A stretch of 64,000 nucleotides of DNA from an uncultured Gemmatimonadaceae bacterium (GTDB taxonomy: Bacteria; Gemmatimonadota; Gemmatimonadetes; Gemmatimonadales; Gemmatimonadaceae): NCBI GenBank assembly GCA_963781585.1, contig CAWAGQ010000004.1:512001-576000 (forward strand), written 5' to 3'. Shown here piece by piece: positions 1-13,352 of the stretch (the first letter of the stretch is position 1; every line of letters starts with the position of its first letter). Made by a program: the position numbers and the translations under genes. The notes below the pieces were generated by a model, which saw nothing but the letters and a program-made list of their open reading frames with translations, was not told where the DNA came from and ran no database searches.

Positions 1-179
1 ACACCGGTGACCGCGCCGACATCGTTGCCTGGCGCGCCGCCGCGCCACCGCGTCGTGCGCTGATCACCGAGCGCGAGGTGATCCGGCTCGCCGCGCGCGG
101 CGGCCGCCTCCCCGACCGTCCCCTGCTCACTCCCGGTGCGCGCGACCGCGCTCGCGCGTTAGGCCTGCTCGACTCGTGA
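1..179 (+). CDS. 3' end of a partial CDS, hypothetical protein (C-terminus ...LITEREVIRLAARGGRLPDRPLLTPGARDRARALGLLDS)
   Basis: Open frame from position 3 to TGA at 177-179, which overlaps the next GTG start (GTGA coupling). Confidence 0.6.
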   Translation, partial: TGDRADIVAWRAAAPPRRALITEREVIRLAARGGRLPDRPLLTPGARDRARALGLLDS

Positions 180-595
180 GTGCTCCGCATCACGATATCG
201 AGTTCCGTGTGCGCTACGGAGAAACGGATCAGATGGGCGTGGTGTACCACGCCGAGTACCTCGTCTGGTGCGAGATGGGACGCACCGAGTACATCCGGGT
301 GCTGGGGCTTCCCTATGCGGAAATGGAACGGCACGGCACGGGGCTCGCCGTGGCCGAGGCGAACCTGCGCTATCACGCCCCGGCGCGGTACGATGATCTC
401 ATCCGCGTGGAGACGACGATGGTGCGGGTGGGGTCGCGCGCGGTCGATTTCGAGTACCTGGTGCGCAACGCGACCACCGGCGCCCGACTGGCCACTGCCA
501 GGACTACCCTGGTCGCGATCGACGGTGACGGCCGCGCCAGCGCTCTCCCGGCCGCGATTCGTGCCATCCTCGAGCGTCCGCTCCCCGCTCGTTAG
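176..595 (+). CDS. YbgC/FadM-family acyl-CoA thioesterase (hotdog fold)
   Basis: RVRYGETDQMGVVYHAEY motif typical of the 4HBT/YbgC family. Confidence 0.9.
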   Translation: MSAPHHDIEFRVRYGETDQMGVVYHAEYLVWCEMGRTEYIRVLGLPYAEMERHGTGLAVAEANLRYHAPARYDDLIRVETTMVRVGSRAVDFEYLVRNATTGARLATARTTLVAIDGDGRASALPAAIRAILERPLPAR

Positions 596-1211
596 GATCG
601 CGGTGCTCGGCGCTCTCGCCGGGATCGCGGCCTGCGCGCCTCGTGCCGGGCCCCTGCTCGGCCTGCCCACCGCGCGCCGCCTGCCGCCAACTTCCCTGCC
701 GCCGGGGCGCCGCCGCGTCGTCTTCCGCTGGGACTACCATGAGCGCGTATTCTCCGCACGCGGCCAGGGCGTGGCGCGCATCGCGCCCCCCGACAGCGTC
801 CGACTCGACTTCTTTCTGGAGAACGGGGCTGCCGGTGGCGACGTGATCCTGATCGCTGACTCCCTGGCGGTGCCCGGACAGAATGAGGCGCGGCGGTATC
901 TGCCGCCGGTTCCGCTGCTCTGGGCGGCGCTGGGACGGATCACCGTATCGGCCGCGGACACCACCGTGCGGCTCGATGGCGACACGCTGCGGGCCGACAT
1001 TGGCCGGGATACCACATGGCGCGTCACCTTCGGACACGATGGTCCGGTGCGCATGCGGCGCATCGTGCACGGACGGATCGAGGAAGAAGTGGAGCGAACG
1101 GACTCCACCCGCGTAGTTTACAGGCAGCCCAGGGCGGGACGCACACTGGTGCTCACCGTGCTCGGACGATTCGAGGAGTCAGCTTTCGATGCCGCGATCT
1201 GGCGTCCGTAG
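561..1211 (+). CDS. Hypothetical lipoprotein
   Basis: In-frame GTG at 561 within ORF 180..1211 gives a signal peptide with lipobox IAAC followed by a beta-rich mature domain. Start is approximate. Confidence 0.7.
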   Translation: MPSSSVRSPLVRIAVLGALAGIAACAPRAGPLLGLPTARRLPPTSLPPGRRRVVFRWDYHERVFSARGQGVARIAPPDSVRLDFFLENGAAGGDVILIADSLAVPGQNEARRYLPPVPLLWAALGRITVSAADTTVRLDGDTLRADIGRDTTWRVTFGHDGPVRMRRIVHGRIEEEVERTDSTRVVYRQPRAGRTLVLTVLGRFEESAFDAAIWRP

Positions 1212-1680
1212 TCTCTTCGCGCTACTGCTCTCGGGCTGTCTGTACAGCTTGTCGGGCGGCGGGGGGCTGCCGCCCGGTATCAAGACTGTTGCCGTCATTC
1301 CATTCGAGAACGAAACCGCCGCATCCGGGCTGCCTACCGAGCTCCAACTCGAGCTGCGAAAGGAGTTCCTGTCACGCTTCGGACTCCGCGAAGCCCCCGA
1401 GGGCAAGGCATCCGCGGTGATTCACGGAACCATCAAGAAGTATGAGCCCGACATCGCCGTCGGCTACAGCGCGGATCCCGCTCAGGCGACCTCGGCGCGG
1501 CGCCGCCTCCAGATCTCGATCGACGTCGAGATCGTCGATAATACGGGTCGCACCATTTTCAAGCGCGCCGGACTCTCCGCCGAAGGGGAATACGCGGAAC
1601 GCGCTGAGGACGCCGGACGCAAACAGGCCATCCAGCGCTTGGTCAGTGACATCATCGAAGGTGCGCAGTCGCAATGGTGA
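1189..1680 (+). CDS. lptE: LptE-family LPS assembly lipoprotein
   Basis: Lipobox LSGC-LYSL, 'KTVAVIPFENET' and a C-terminal helix ending in W, typical of non-proteobacterial LptE. Confidence 0.75.
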   Translation: MPRSGVRSLFALLLSGCLYSLSGGGGLPPGIKTVAVIPFENETAASGLPTELQLELRKEFLSRFGLREAPEGKASAVIHGTIKKYEPDIAVGYSADPAQATSARRRLQISIDVEIVDNTGRTIFKRAGLSAEGEYAERAEDAGRKQAIQRLVSDIIEGAQSQW

Positions 1681-2027
1681 GCACGCAGCCCGGTGCCAGT
1701 CGGCTCGGATGTCTCTTCGGGGCCCTCCTCCTCGTCACGGTGGCCTACTTCGGCGTGAACGTCGGCGAGGTGTACTTGCGTTACTACCGGTTCCGCGACG
1801 CCATGGAACAGGAGGCGCGCTTCTCGCATACGCATGACGATGCGGCGATCCGGCTGCGCCTGACTGCGCTCGTCGATTCCATGGGCCTTCCGGAGACGGC
1901 ATCGCGAATCCTCATTCGGCGCAGCGCCAACAGCGTGATCATCACCACGGATTACACGGAACGCGTGGAAGTGCCCCTGCTGGTCCGGGAGGTTCATTTC
2001 GCCCCCCGCGTTGAGTGGCGCTTTTGA
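1674..2027 (+). CDS. Hypothetical membrane-anchored protein (pilin-like/DUF4845-like N-terminus)
   Basis: Single N-terminal hydrophobic helix (GASRLGCLFGALLL); overlaps both neighbours. Confidence 0.65.
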   Translation: MVSTQPGASRLGCLFGALLLVTVAYFGVNVGEVYLRYYRFRDAMEQEARFSHTHDDAAIRLRLTALVDSMGLPETASRILIRRSANSVIITTDYTERVEVPLLVREVHFAPRVEWRF

Positions 2028-2521
2028 CCGCATTCGAGCCGCGCCGCAAGATCCTCTCGCGCCAGGACGCCGTACTCTGGCGGCGCCGGCAAGCCGGACC
2101 GGTCGTCTTCACGAACGGCGTCTTCGACCTCCTGCACCCGGGTCACGTGGACCTGCTGGGCCGTGCCCGCGAACGAGGCGCCGCGCTCATCGTCGGCGTC
2201 AACAGCGATGCGTCCGTCAGACGGCTCAAGGGACGCCTGCGCCCGATCTGCCCGGAGCACGACCGCGCTTGCGTCGTGGCTGCTCTCGAAGCCGTCGATG
2301 CCGTGGTGATCTTCGACGAGGACACCCCGCTCGAGCTCATTCGGGCGCTGAAACCCGATGTGCTCGTCAAGGGCGGTGACTATGCGGCCTCCGACGTGGT
2401 CGGCGCGCCGGACGTCGTGGCAGGGGGCGGCGAAGTGGTCATCGTGCCGTTGACGCCCGGCCGCTCCACGACGGCGATTGTCAGCCGGGTAGGAAAGGGA
2501 CCCGCGCATGCCCCGGACTGA
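2015..2521 (+). CDS. rfaE2: D-glycero-beta-D-manno-heptose 1-phosphate adenylyltransferase (RfaE domain II)
   Basis: VFTNGVFDLLHPGH, VGVNSDASVRRLKG, LVKGGDY and STT motifs. Confidence 0.9.
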   Translation: MALLTAFEPRRKILSRQDAVLWRRRQAGPVVFTNGVFDLLHPGHVDLLGRARERGAALIVGVNSDASVRRLKGRLRPICPEHDRACVVAALEAVDAVVIFDEDTPLELIRALKPDVLVKGGDYAASDVVGAPDVVAGGGEVVIVPLTPGRSTTAIVSRVGKGPAHAPD

Positions 2522-3218
2522 CCGGGCCCCCGGCGCGCTCCGTCCGGTGGTGCTGGAACCCGGCGCCGTGCGAAACGCAGAGGGCTCGTGCCTCGTGACG
2601 TTTGGAAGAACGCGCGTGCTGTGCGCCGTCAGCGTCGAAGAGAGCGTGCCGTCGTGGCGCAGGGGCAGCGGTCTGGGCTGGCTGACGGCGGAGTACGCGA
2701 TGCTGCCCAGGTCAACGCGATCGCGCACACCTCGCGAGCGGGCGAACGTCGGCGGCCGAACCCATGAGATCCAGCGACTCATCGGTCGCAGCGCGCGCGC
2801 GATGCTCGACGATTTCCAGTTTGGCGAGATCACGTTGCGCATCGACTGCGACGTCCTGGACGCGGACGGCGGAACCCGCACTGCCGCGATCACCGGAACG
2901 TGCGTGGCGGTCGCCGGCGCGTTCGAGTGGCTCGCGAGCCGCGGCCGAATCGGGGCCTCGCCCGTCCGGAGGCGGGTGGCCGCTGTCAGCGCGGGCCTGG
3001 TGGACGGGATTCCGGTGCTCGACCTCGACTACGACGAGGATGTACGCGCTGAGGTAGACATGAACGTCGTCATGAGCAGCGAAGGTCAGTTCGTGGAGGT
3101 ACAGGGCACCGGCGAGCACGGCACGTTTTCGCGCGAACAGCTGGATGCCCTCCTTCAGTTGGCCGAGCATGGCATCCAGGAGCTCGACCGCCTGCAGCGC
3201 CGCGCACTGGCGCGATGA
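2508..3218 (+). CDS. rph: Ribonuclease PH
   Basis: GWLTAEYAMLP, GRTHEIQRLIGRS, DCDVLDADGGTRTAAITG and EVQGTGE motifs. Confidence 0.97.
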   Translation: MPRTDRAPGALRPVVLEPGAVRNAEGSCLVTFGRTRVLCAVSVEESVPSWRRGSGLGWLTAEYAMLPRSTRSRTPRERANVGGRTHEIQRLIGRSARAMLDDFQFGEITLRIDCDVLDADGGTRTAAITGTCVAVAGAFEWLASRGRIGASPVRRRVAAVSAGLVDGIPVLDLDYDEDVRAEVDMNVVMSSEGQFVEVQGTGEHGTFSREQLDALLQLAEHGIQELDRLQRRALAR

Positions 3219-3832
3219 ACGCCGAGGCCGTTCTTCTCGCCACGCGCAGCGCCGGCAAGCTTCGGGAACTGCGACCGATGTTTGAGCGAGCGGGCGTCCC
3301 GGTCGTGGACCTCGCGGGGGCCGGGATCAGCGCAACCGCGGATGAGGACGAGCTGGAGCGGTATGCGACCTTCGAGCAGAATGCCCTGGCCAAGGCTCGC
3401 TTCTTCAACAGGATCAGCGGCTTGCCGGCAATCGCCGATGATTCCGGTCTCGAGGTGCAGGCACTTGGTGGCGCGCCGGGTGTTCGCAGCCGGCGTTGGT
3501 CGGAGCGGAATGATCTTACGGGACAGCTGCTGGATGACGCGAACAACCTCAGGTTGCTCGGCGCGTTGCACGGTGCGGACGACCGGCGGGCGCGCTACGT
3601 CTGCGTGGCGGCCTACTGTGCGGGCGACGTTGAATGGACGGCGCGAGGTGAGACGGCGGGACTGGTGACGGACGAGCCGCGCGGATCGGGTGGATTCGGC
3701 TACGATCCGTACTTCTACTCGTTGGAGCTGGGGAGGACGTTTGGCGAGAGCTTGAGCGAGGAAAAGGAGCAGGTGAGCCATCGCGGACGCGCCTTTCGCG
3801 CGCTGTTGTCGCGCGTGCTTGCAGCACGTTGA
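3215..3832 (+). CDS. rdgB: Non-canonical purine NTP pyrophosphatase (RdgB/HAM1)
   Basis: LATRSAGK, ADDSGLEV, GFGYDP and SHRGRA motifs; conserved rph-rdgB order. Confidence 0.95.
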   Translation: MNAEAVLLATRSAGKLRELRPMFERAGVPVVDLAGAGISATADEDELERYATFEQNALAKARFFNRISGLPAIADDSGLEVQALGGAPGVRSRRWSERNDLTGQLLDDANNLRLLGALHGADDRRARYVCVAAYCAGDVEWTARGETAGLVTDEPRGSGGFGYDPYFYSLELGRTFGESLSEEKEQVSHRGRAFRALLSRVLAAR

Positions 3833-3856
3833 CTTTGCGCGGGTTGCGGCTACAAT
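3829..3856 (+). promoter_or_regulatory. Sigma70-type promoter of the tRNA cluster
   Basis: TTGACT (3829-3834), 16-bp spacer, TACAAT (3851-3856), 13 nt before tRNA-Pro. Confidence 0.75.
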
Positions 3857-3869
3857 TCCGCTTCCTCAG

Positions 3870-3943
3870 CGGGGCGTAGCGTAGCCCGGTATCGCGCCTG
3901 CTTTGGGAGCAGGAGGTCGCCGGTTCAAATCCGGCCGCCCCGA
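3870..3943 (+). tRNA. tRNA-Pro(UGG)
   Basis: Acceptor CGGGGCG/CGCCCCG, anticodon arm CCTGC-TT TGG GA-GCAGG, T-loop TTCAAAT; CCA not encoded. Confidence 0.95.
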
Positions 3944-3984
3944 CCTCGGCGGCCTCGTCGCGTGGCGGCGGGGGCAGCGTCGAA

Positions 3985-4061
<77 letters not shown>

Positions 4062-4154
4062 TGGGCGCGTCGTGTCGCTGTCGCACGCGGCGTTTTCGTG
4101 CATTCGATGGCCTGCGGGGTCGTGCGCCGCGCAGGCACGTCGGGAAGCCGGTCC

Positions 4155-4227
4155 GCTCCCTTAGCTCAATTGGTAGAGCAAGCGACTCTTAATCGCTAGG
4201 TTGATGGTTCGAGTCCATCAGGGAGCA
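4155..4227 (+). tRNA. tRNA-Lys(CUU)
   Basis: Acceptor GCTCCCT/AGGGAGC, anticodon arm AGCGA-CT CTT AA-TCGCT, T-loop TTCGAGT; CCA not encoded. Confidence 0.95.
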
Positions 4228-4707
4228 TGCTGGGTGACGGTGAGGTCCGCGCGCCGGCGTGGGCGGAAGGCGCTGGAGCCGCCAAGCGAGCCCCGGTTGG
4301 CCGGCACGGGACGGTGCCGCGCCGCCTAACGAGCTCGAGGCGGAACGTGACGGGGACGTCGCTTCGCCAATGAGCCGGGAGAGAGCGCTTCCCGGGGCGA
4401 AGCGATCGGTGACCGGCGCAGGACGCGCGGAGACGGGACCCCACGCGTGAGGGGAGGGAGGGACGGACCGGGCAGTACAAGGGCCGGTGGACGGACCCGT
4501 GTGCGAATGCAGGGACGGCGCCAAGGGGAGGAATGCACTGGGAATTCGGTGCTCCCGGCGGCGTCTTTCGCGAACGCAAGGCGAGGTCCGCACGCCGCGG
4601 TGCCGTTGTCTGTGGATGAGGAGCGTGTCGCGTGATCCCTCGGCAGACGAAAGGGGTCGGGGGCACGGCGATGGGAGGAGATGTCGCACGCATTTGACCC
4701 GGAAGGG

Positions 4708-4736
4708 TTGACCGGCGGGCATTCCGGGGATAACAT
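4708..4736 (+). promoter_or_regulatory. rRNA operon promoter
   Basis: TTGACC (4708-4713), 17-bp spacer, TAACAT (4731-4736), immediately upstream of the boxB/boxA leader. Confidence 0.7.
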
Positions 4737-4741
4737 ACGCG

Positions 4742-4778
4742 GCTGCCGTTCTCCGGCAGCGAAACTGCTGTTTGACAA
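4742..4778 (+). promoter_or_regulatory. rrn leader antitermination element (boxB hairpin + boxA)
   Basis: GC-rich hairpin GCTGCCG...CGGCAGC followed by TGCTGTTTGACAA (4766-4778), resembling boxA TGCTCTTTAACA. Confidence 0.7.
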
Positions 4779-4930
4779 TCGAGTCGAGCGTGAATGTGGT
4801 GCGAGGCGGACTCGTCGATCCGAGGCACAATCAGGGCTTCGGGGAGAGTTTTGACTGACGTACACATAGTGATTTCGAACGGTCACCGTGTGGTTTGCGG
4901 TGGCGGATTCGAGACGAGCTACATCGAACT

Positions 4931-6469
<1,539 letters not shown>

Positions 6470-6597
6470 ACGGAGCAGGCGAGTAGGACGCTTCGGTGTC
6501 TGAAAGCCGGCGACCGAAGTCGCCCGCCCGTACCCCACGCTCGATTCGATTGCATTTTTTGGGGTCTCGCGCCTCGGCGCGAGACTCGTTGTCTACC

Positions 6598-6610
6598 CGC
6601 TGTTTGACAA
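6598..6610 (+). promoter_or_regulatory. Spacer boxA
   Basis: CGCTGTTTGACAA, matching the leader boxA, preceded by hairpin GTCTCGCGCC-TC-GGCGCGAGAC. Confidence 0.65.
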
Positions 6611-6750
6611 CTGATGGGGAACGTGATCGTGGAACGAATGCGTTCGCGGCCACTGGCCGTGAACGTGGATCAACACACCGTAGTGAAGCAATTCGCACTG
6701 AATTGCTCACTCGTGAGATGATCGCGCGTGCTTGGCTTGACCGAAATCTG

Positions 6751-9699
<2,949 letters not shown>

Positions 9700-9927
9700 T
9701 CCCAATACCGGTGCGAGGTAACGAACAACGGGTCGCGAGATTGTCTCTCCCGTCCCCTGTTCGCCCAACCACCTTTCGCCAAGTGCTGCTCGATCATGTG
9801 AAGATCATCCACGGTCACGCCACCCTCAGTCATCGCACAATCCATAACGTTCGGCATTCGAGTGAACCAGCGGCCCCGCACCACATCCGTCCGGCCCCCG
9901 ATGATCTCGCCTGCCGGACCTTGCGAT

Positions 9928-10045
9928 CGCTGGCGACTAGAGCGTAGGGGCCACACCCGTTCCCATTCCGAACACGGTCGTTAAGCCCTACAGCGCCGAT
10001 GGTACTCCGCTCGAGAGGGCGCGGGAGAGTAGGCCGTCGCCGGCA
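9928..10045 (+). rRNA. rrf: 5S rRNA
   Basis: Terminal stem GCTGGCGAC/GTCGCCGGC, CCCGTTCCCATTCCGAACACGG and GCCGATGGTACT motifs. Confidence 0.97.
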
Positions 10046-10053
10046 CCTCGTTT

Positions 10054-10090
10054 ACGGGCCTCCCCAGCAATGTGGAGGCCCGTTTCTCTT
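10054..10090 (+). terminator. Rho-independent terminator of the rrn operon
   Basis: ACGGGCCTCC...GGAGGCCCGT 10-bp stem followed by TTCTCTT. Confidence 0.8.
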
Positions 10091-10191
10091 GCCTCCACCC
10101 CGAGCCTCGGGCGTCTCCTCTACGGCTCCCTCGAACCCGCCATCACCGTCGTCACGACCCCTCCTTCTCCTCAAGCCCACTCCCCCTGCCA

Positions 10192-11073
10192 ATGCCGCGT
10201 GCCGGCATCGTGACAATCAGCGGCAAGCCTAACGCCGGCAAGTCGACCCTGCTCAATCGCCTCGTCGGCCAGAAGCTCGCGATCACCAGCGCCAAGCCCC
10301 AGTCCACTCGGGACCGCGTGAGCGGCATCGCAACACGCGGTGACACCCAGATGGTGTTCCTGGATACACCGGGCCTGCTGGAACCTCGCGATGGGCTCCA
10401 GAGCGCCATGCGTCTTGCCGCCGTACGCGCGCTGCGTGATGCTGACGTCATCCTCTACCTCCTGGACGCGTGCTGTTCCGAGGTCGAGCCCTTCGAGGTC
10501 GCGGCCGATATCACCTGGCCGCTCGCGACGCCTGTCGTGATAGCGTTCAACAAGTCGGACTTGGTGCAGAACGACGCACGCGCGGCCCTGCAGTCGAGTT
10601 GCCCCGACGCGCATTTCATCTCGGCAACGCGCGGCGACGGTGTGGACCAGCTCCTTGCACGAATCACGGCGCTTCTCCCCGAGAGCGCCTTCCTGTACCC
10701 GCCCGACGACGTGAGCGCGCAGCCGCTCCGGTTCTTTGCCGCCGAATGCGTCCGCGAGGCCGCCATGGAACAGCTGCGCGCCGAGATGCCCTACGCCCTC
10801 GCGTGCCAGGTGGAGGAGTATCGCGAGAATCGGCTACCGGTGTACATTCGGGCGGTTCTGTACGTTGAGCGCTCGAGTCAGAAGCGGATTCTGATCGGAC
10901 ACGGCGGCTCCCGAATCAGGGAGATCGGTCGCGTGGCGCGTCTCAAGATCGAGATGCTGACCGGAGCCGCGGTGTATCTGGACCTCTGGGTCAAGGTGCT
11001 CGACAATTGGCGCCGCGATGCCAACGCCCTGCGACGCCTCGGCTACGACGTGCCGGAGGACTTCAGGACATGA
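10192..11073 (+). CDS. era: GTPase Era
   Basis: GKPNAGKSTL, DTPG and NKSD GTPase motifs plus KH domain (LIGHGG...LDLWVKV). Start reassigned to ATG 10192. Confidence 0.96.
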   Translation: MPRAGIVTISGKPNAGKSTLLNRLVGQKLAITSAKPQSTRDRVSGIATRGDTQMVFLDTPGLLEPRDGLQSAMRLAAVRALRDADVILYLLDACCSEVEPFEVAADITWPLATPVVIAFNKSDLVQNDARAALQSSCPDAHFISATRGDGVDQLLARITALLPESAFLYPPDDVSAQPLRFFAAECVREAAMEQLRAEMPYALACQVEEYRENRLPVYIRAVLYVERSSQKRILIGHGGSRIREIGRVARLKIEMLTGAAVYLDLWVKVLDNWRRDANALRRLGYDVPEDFRT

Positions 11074-11237
11074 CGCTGTCGGCGCAGCTGCTGGCCATTC
11101 TGGTCTGTCCCAAATGCAAGGGGCCGCTCGAATATCGGGAGCACGAGCAAAGCCTCATTTGCCATGCGTGTCGCCTGCGCTACGCAGTCCGCGACGACAT
11201 CCCGATCATGCTCATCGATGAAGCGACGCCGCTCTAG
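11070..11237 (+). CDS. Trm112-family (YcaR-like) small zinc-binding protein
   Basis: LLAILVCPKCKGPL...CHAC..RYAVRDDIPIMLIDEA; ATGA overlap with era. Confidence 0.9.
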   Translation: MTLSAQLLAILVCPKCKGPLEYREHEQSLICHACRLRYAVRDDIPIMLIDEATPL

Positions 11238-12213
11238 GCGGTGGCGGCTCCTCCTCGTCCCGGGGCTCCTGGAACCTCTGCTCGCTGCGCACGCCTGGGC
11301 ACAACAAGACGCCTCTGCCGAGGGCGCGATTCAGTTGTTGCGACCGATCGGCGCGCGCGCCGTGGGCGTCGGGCAGGCCGTGGTCGCGCGCCACGACGGA
11401 AGCGAAGCGATCTGGTGGAACCCCTCGGGCCTCGCGTTGATGACGTCGCGCGAAGTCGCGATCCACCATTCGCAGGATTTCTTCGCGACCGGTGACGCCA
11501 TCTCCATCGTCGTCCCCTCGTCCCTCCTCGGCGTCGTCGCCGTCTCCGCGGATATCGAAGACTTCGGTGAGCAGGAGAACACCACCGGTCCGGGAGGGCA
11601 GTCCCAGGGAACCATCCTGCCGCGCTCCTTCGTCTTCTCCGCGGCGTATGCCACACCGATTGGCGCCCGGGTGCGCTCCGGTGTGGTTTTCAAGATCGTT
11701 CAACTCCGACTCGATTGTACGGGACCGTGCGACGTCGCGTCCTCGGTGGCGCAGACCTACGCGTTGGACGCTGGAGTACAGTACGATATTGCGGCAGGCG
11801 ATCGTCTCACGCTCGGCGCGAGCGTTCGCAACCTCGGACTCCCGCTCCAGGTAGTAGACAGTCCGCAAGCCGACCCTCTCCCGTCGCGCGTGCAGATCGG
11901 ATTCATGTATCGACCACCGATGCCGGAACAATACGCCAGGGACGTTGATGTTACCCTGAGCGCGGACCTCTTGAGCGGCTTGCACGGCCAGCAGGCGACT
12001 CCGCGAATGGGAGCGGAGTTCGGTTGGCAGAAGCGGGGCTTCGCTCGAGCCGGCTACGTATTCCGGCGCGGGGGGACTGAGACCGGCGGCCCGTCACTCG
12101 GCCTGGGACTGGTCTCGAAGAACATCATCGTCGATATCTCCCGCGTTTTCACAGGTTTCTCGGCAGATGCGGGGCAGGCACCCACGTACCTGTCTCTCCG
12201 TGTGGAATTCTGA
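11218..12213 (+). CDS. PorV/PorQ-family outer-membrane beta-barrel (FadL-like)
   Basis: Signal peptide, LRPIGARAVGVGQA and IWWNPSGLA motifs, amphipathic strands, C-terminal F. Confidence 0.75.
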   Translation: MKRRRSRRWRLLLVPGLLEPLLAAHAWAQQDASAEGAIQLLRPIGARAVGVGQAVVARHDGSEAIWWNPSGLALMTSREVAIHHSQDFFATGDAISIVVPSSLLGVVAVSADIEDFGEQENTTGPGGQSQGTILPRSFVFSAAYATPIGARVRSGVVFKIVQLRLDCTGPCDVASSVAQTYALDAGVQYDIAAGDRLTLGASVRNLGLPLQVVDSPQADPLPSRVQIGFMYRPPMPEQYARDVDVTLSADLLSGLHGQQATPRMGAEFGWQKRGFARAGYVFRRGGTETGGPSLGLGLVSKNIIVDISRVFTGFSADAGQAPTYLSLRVEF

Positions 12214-13138
12214 CGCGGCCCGATGCGGGGCAGGGATTCTGCTGTTGGCGATCCTGGCACCAATGGCGCCGGCGCAGCGAGCGGAGCGACGCGGGTTCGA
12301 TCCAAGGGATGGGCAGGCGGTAGCAGGGTCAATCGGCGCATCAGCACGTGGCAGCTGTGCGCTGGTCATCCGCGCCGAGTGTCCGGCTCCAGACGGCACG
12401 GAAGGAACACGGCTGCAATCGGTCGGCGGACCCGGCAGGTCTGCGCCAGCGTCAGCGTGGTCCATCGCGGCGTCGTCCGTGGTGCCTGGTGCGGGTCAGG
12501 CCATACTCCGTGCGGACCGTTTCGTACCGTATCTCGCGTTCGAGGCGTATTCCTGGCTCCAATACGTGTCGCATTCCAAGGCATCGCGCCGGCAACGCGA
12601 CGCGTATCGGAATCTCGCCGCCCGCGTAGCACGGTCTCCGTTCTCGATCACGGTGCCGGTGGGGAATTTTGACTACTACGAGCGGATGGAGCACTTCACC
12701 GAGAGCGGCCGGCTCGAGATCGTCGCCGGCGGTGTGATCGACCCGGAAACGGACACCACGACATACAACGGCTCGGTCTGGCTTCTGGCGCGGAGAACGT
12801 ATTGGTCTGACCTCGATGCTCCGCCCGATACGTCTTCCCAGGCATGGAAATCGGCGATCGGATTCTATCTGCACCGAGCATACGATCAGCCGTACCAGTG
12901 GTCCTGGCGAGATTCCCCCTACGAGTACGACGAGTACCGGCGACTCATTGAGCGCAGCAACGACTCCAACCGCAAGGCGCTCCAGGATCTCGGCGCGGTC
13001 CTGGCGAACCACGTGCTCAGCACCGTGGATGCGTACGTCACGGTGCGGTTACGTCGACGGTCGGATCAGCTGTCGAGCGGGTGGGGAATCGATGGCTCGA
13101 TCCCGATTTCAACCGTCGCCAGGATCTTCCGCAGATAG
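12200..13138 (+). CDS. Hypothetical exported/membrane protein (S-x-x-x-PGAGQ motif)
   Basis: Signal-like N-terminus, 'SSVVPGAGQ' and 'NHVLSTVDAY' motifs; overlaps the upstream barrel gene. Start is uncertain (12167 or 12200). Confidence 0.7.
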   Translation: MWNSDAARCGAGILLLAILAPMAPAQRAERRGFDPRDGQAVAGSIGASARGSCALVIRAECPAPDGTEGTRLQSVGGPGRSAPASAWSIAASSVVPGAGQAILRADRFVPYLAFEAYSWLQYVSHSKASRRQRDAYRNLAARVARSPFSITVPVGNFDYYERMEHFTESGRLEIVAGGVIDPETDTTTYNGSVWLLARRTYWSDLDAPPDTSSQAWKSAIGFYLHRAYDQPYQWSWRDSPYEYDEYRRLIERSNDSNRKALQDLGAVLANHVLSTVDAYVTVRLRRRSDQLSSGWGIDGSIPISTVARIFRR

Positions 13139-13352
13139 GTCGTGGCGTGGGCCCCAGTCCTCCCTTTTCAAGCGAGTCACGACCTTGAGCGGAGGCTGCT
13201 CCGGGCCGACCCGGGGGTCCCGAACCAGTCCTGTCACGCGGACACGCCGGCAATCGTCGTAATAGCTGGCATCCCTGGGGTCCACTCCGGACCCGCCGCG
13301 CGGGCGACCAGCGCGCTATCATTGTGACGTGTAAGGACTTGAGGGCAGTCGC

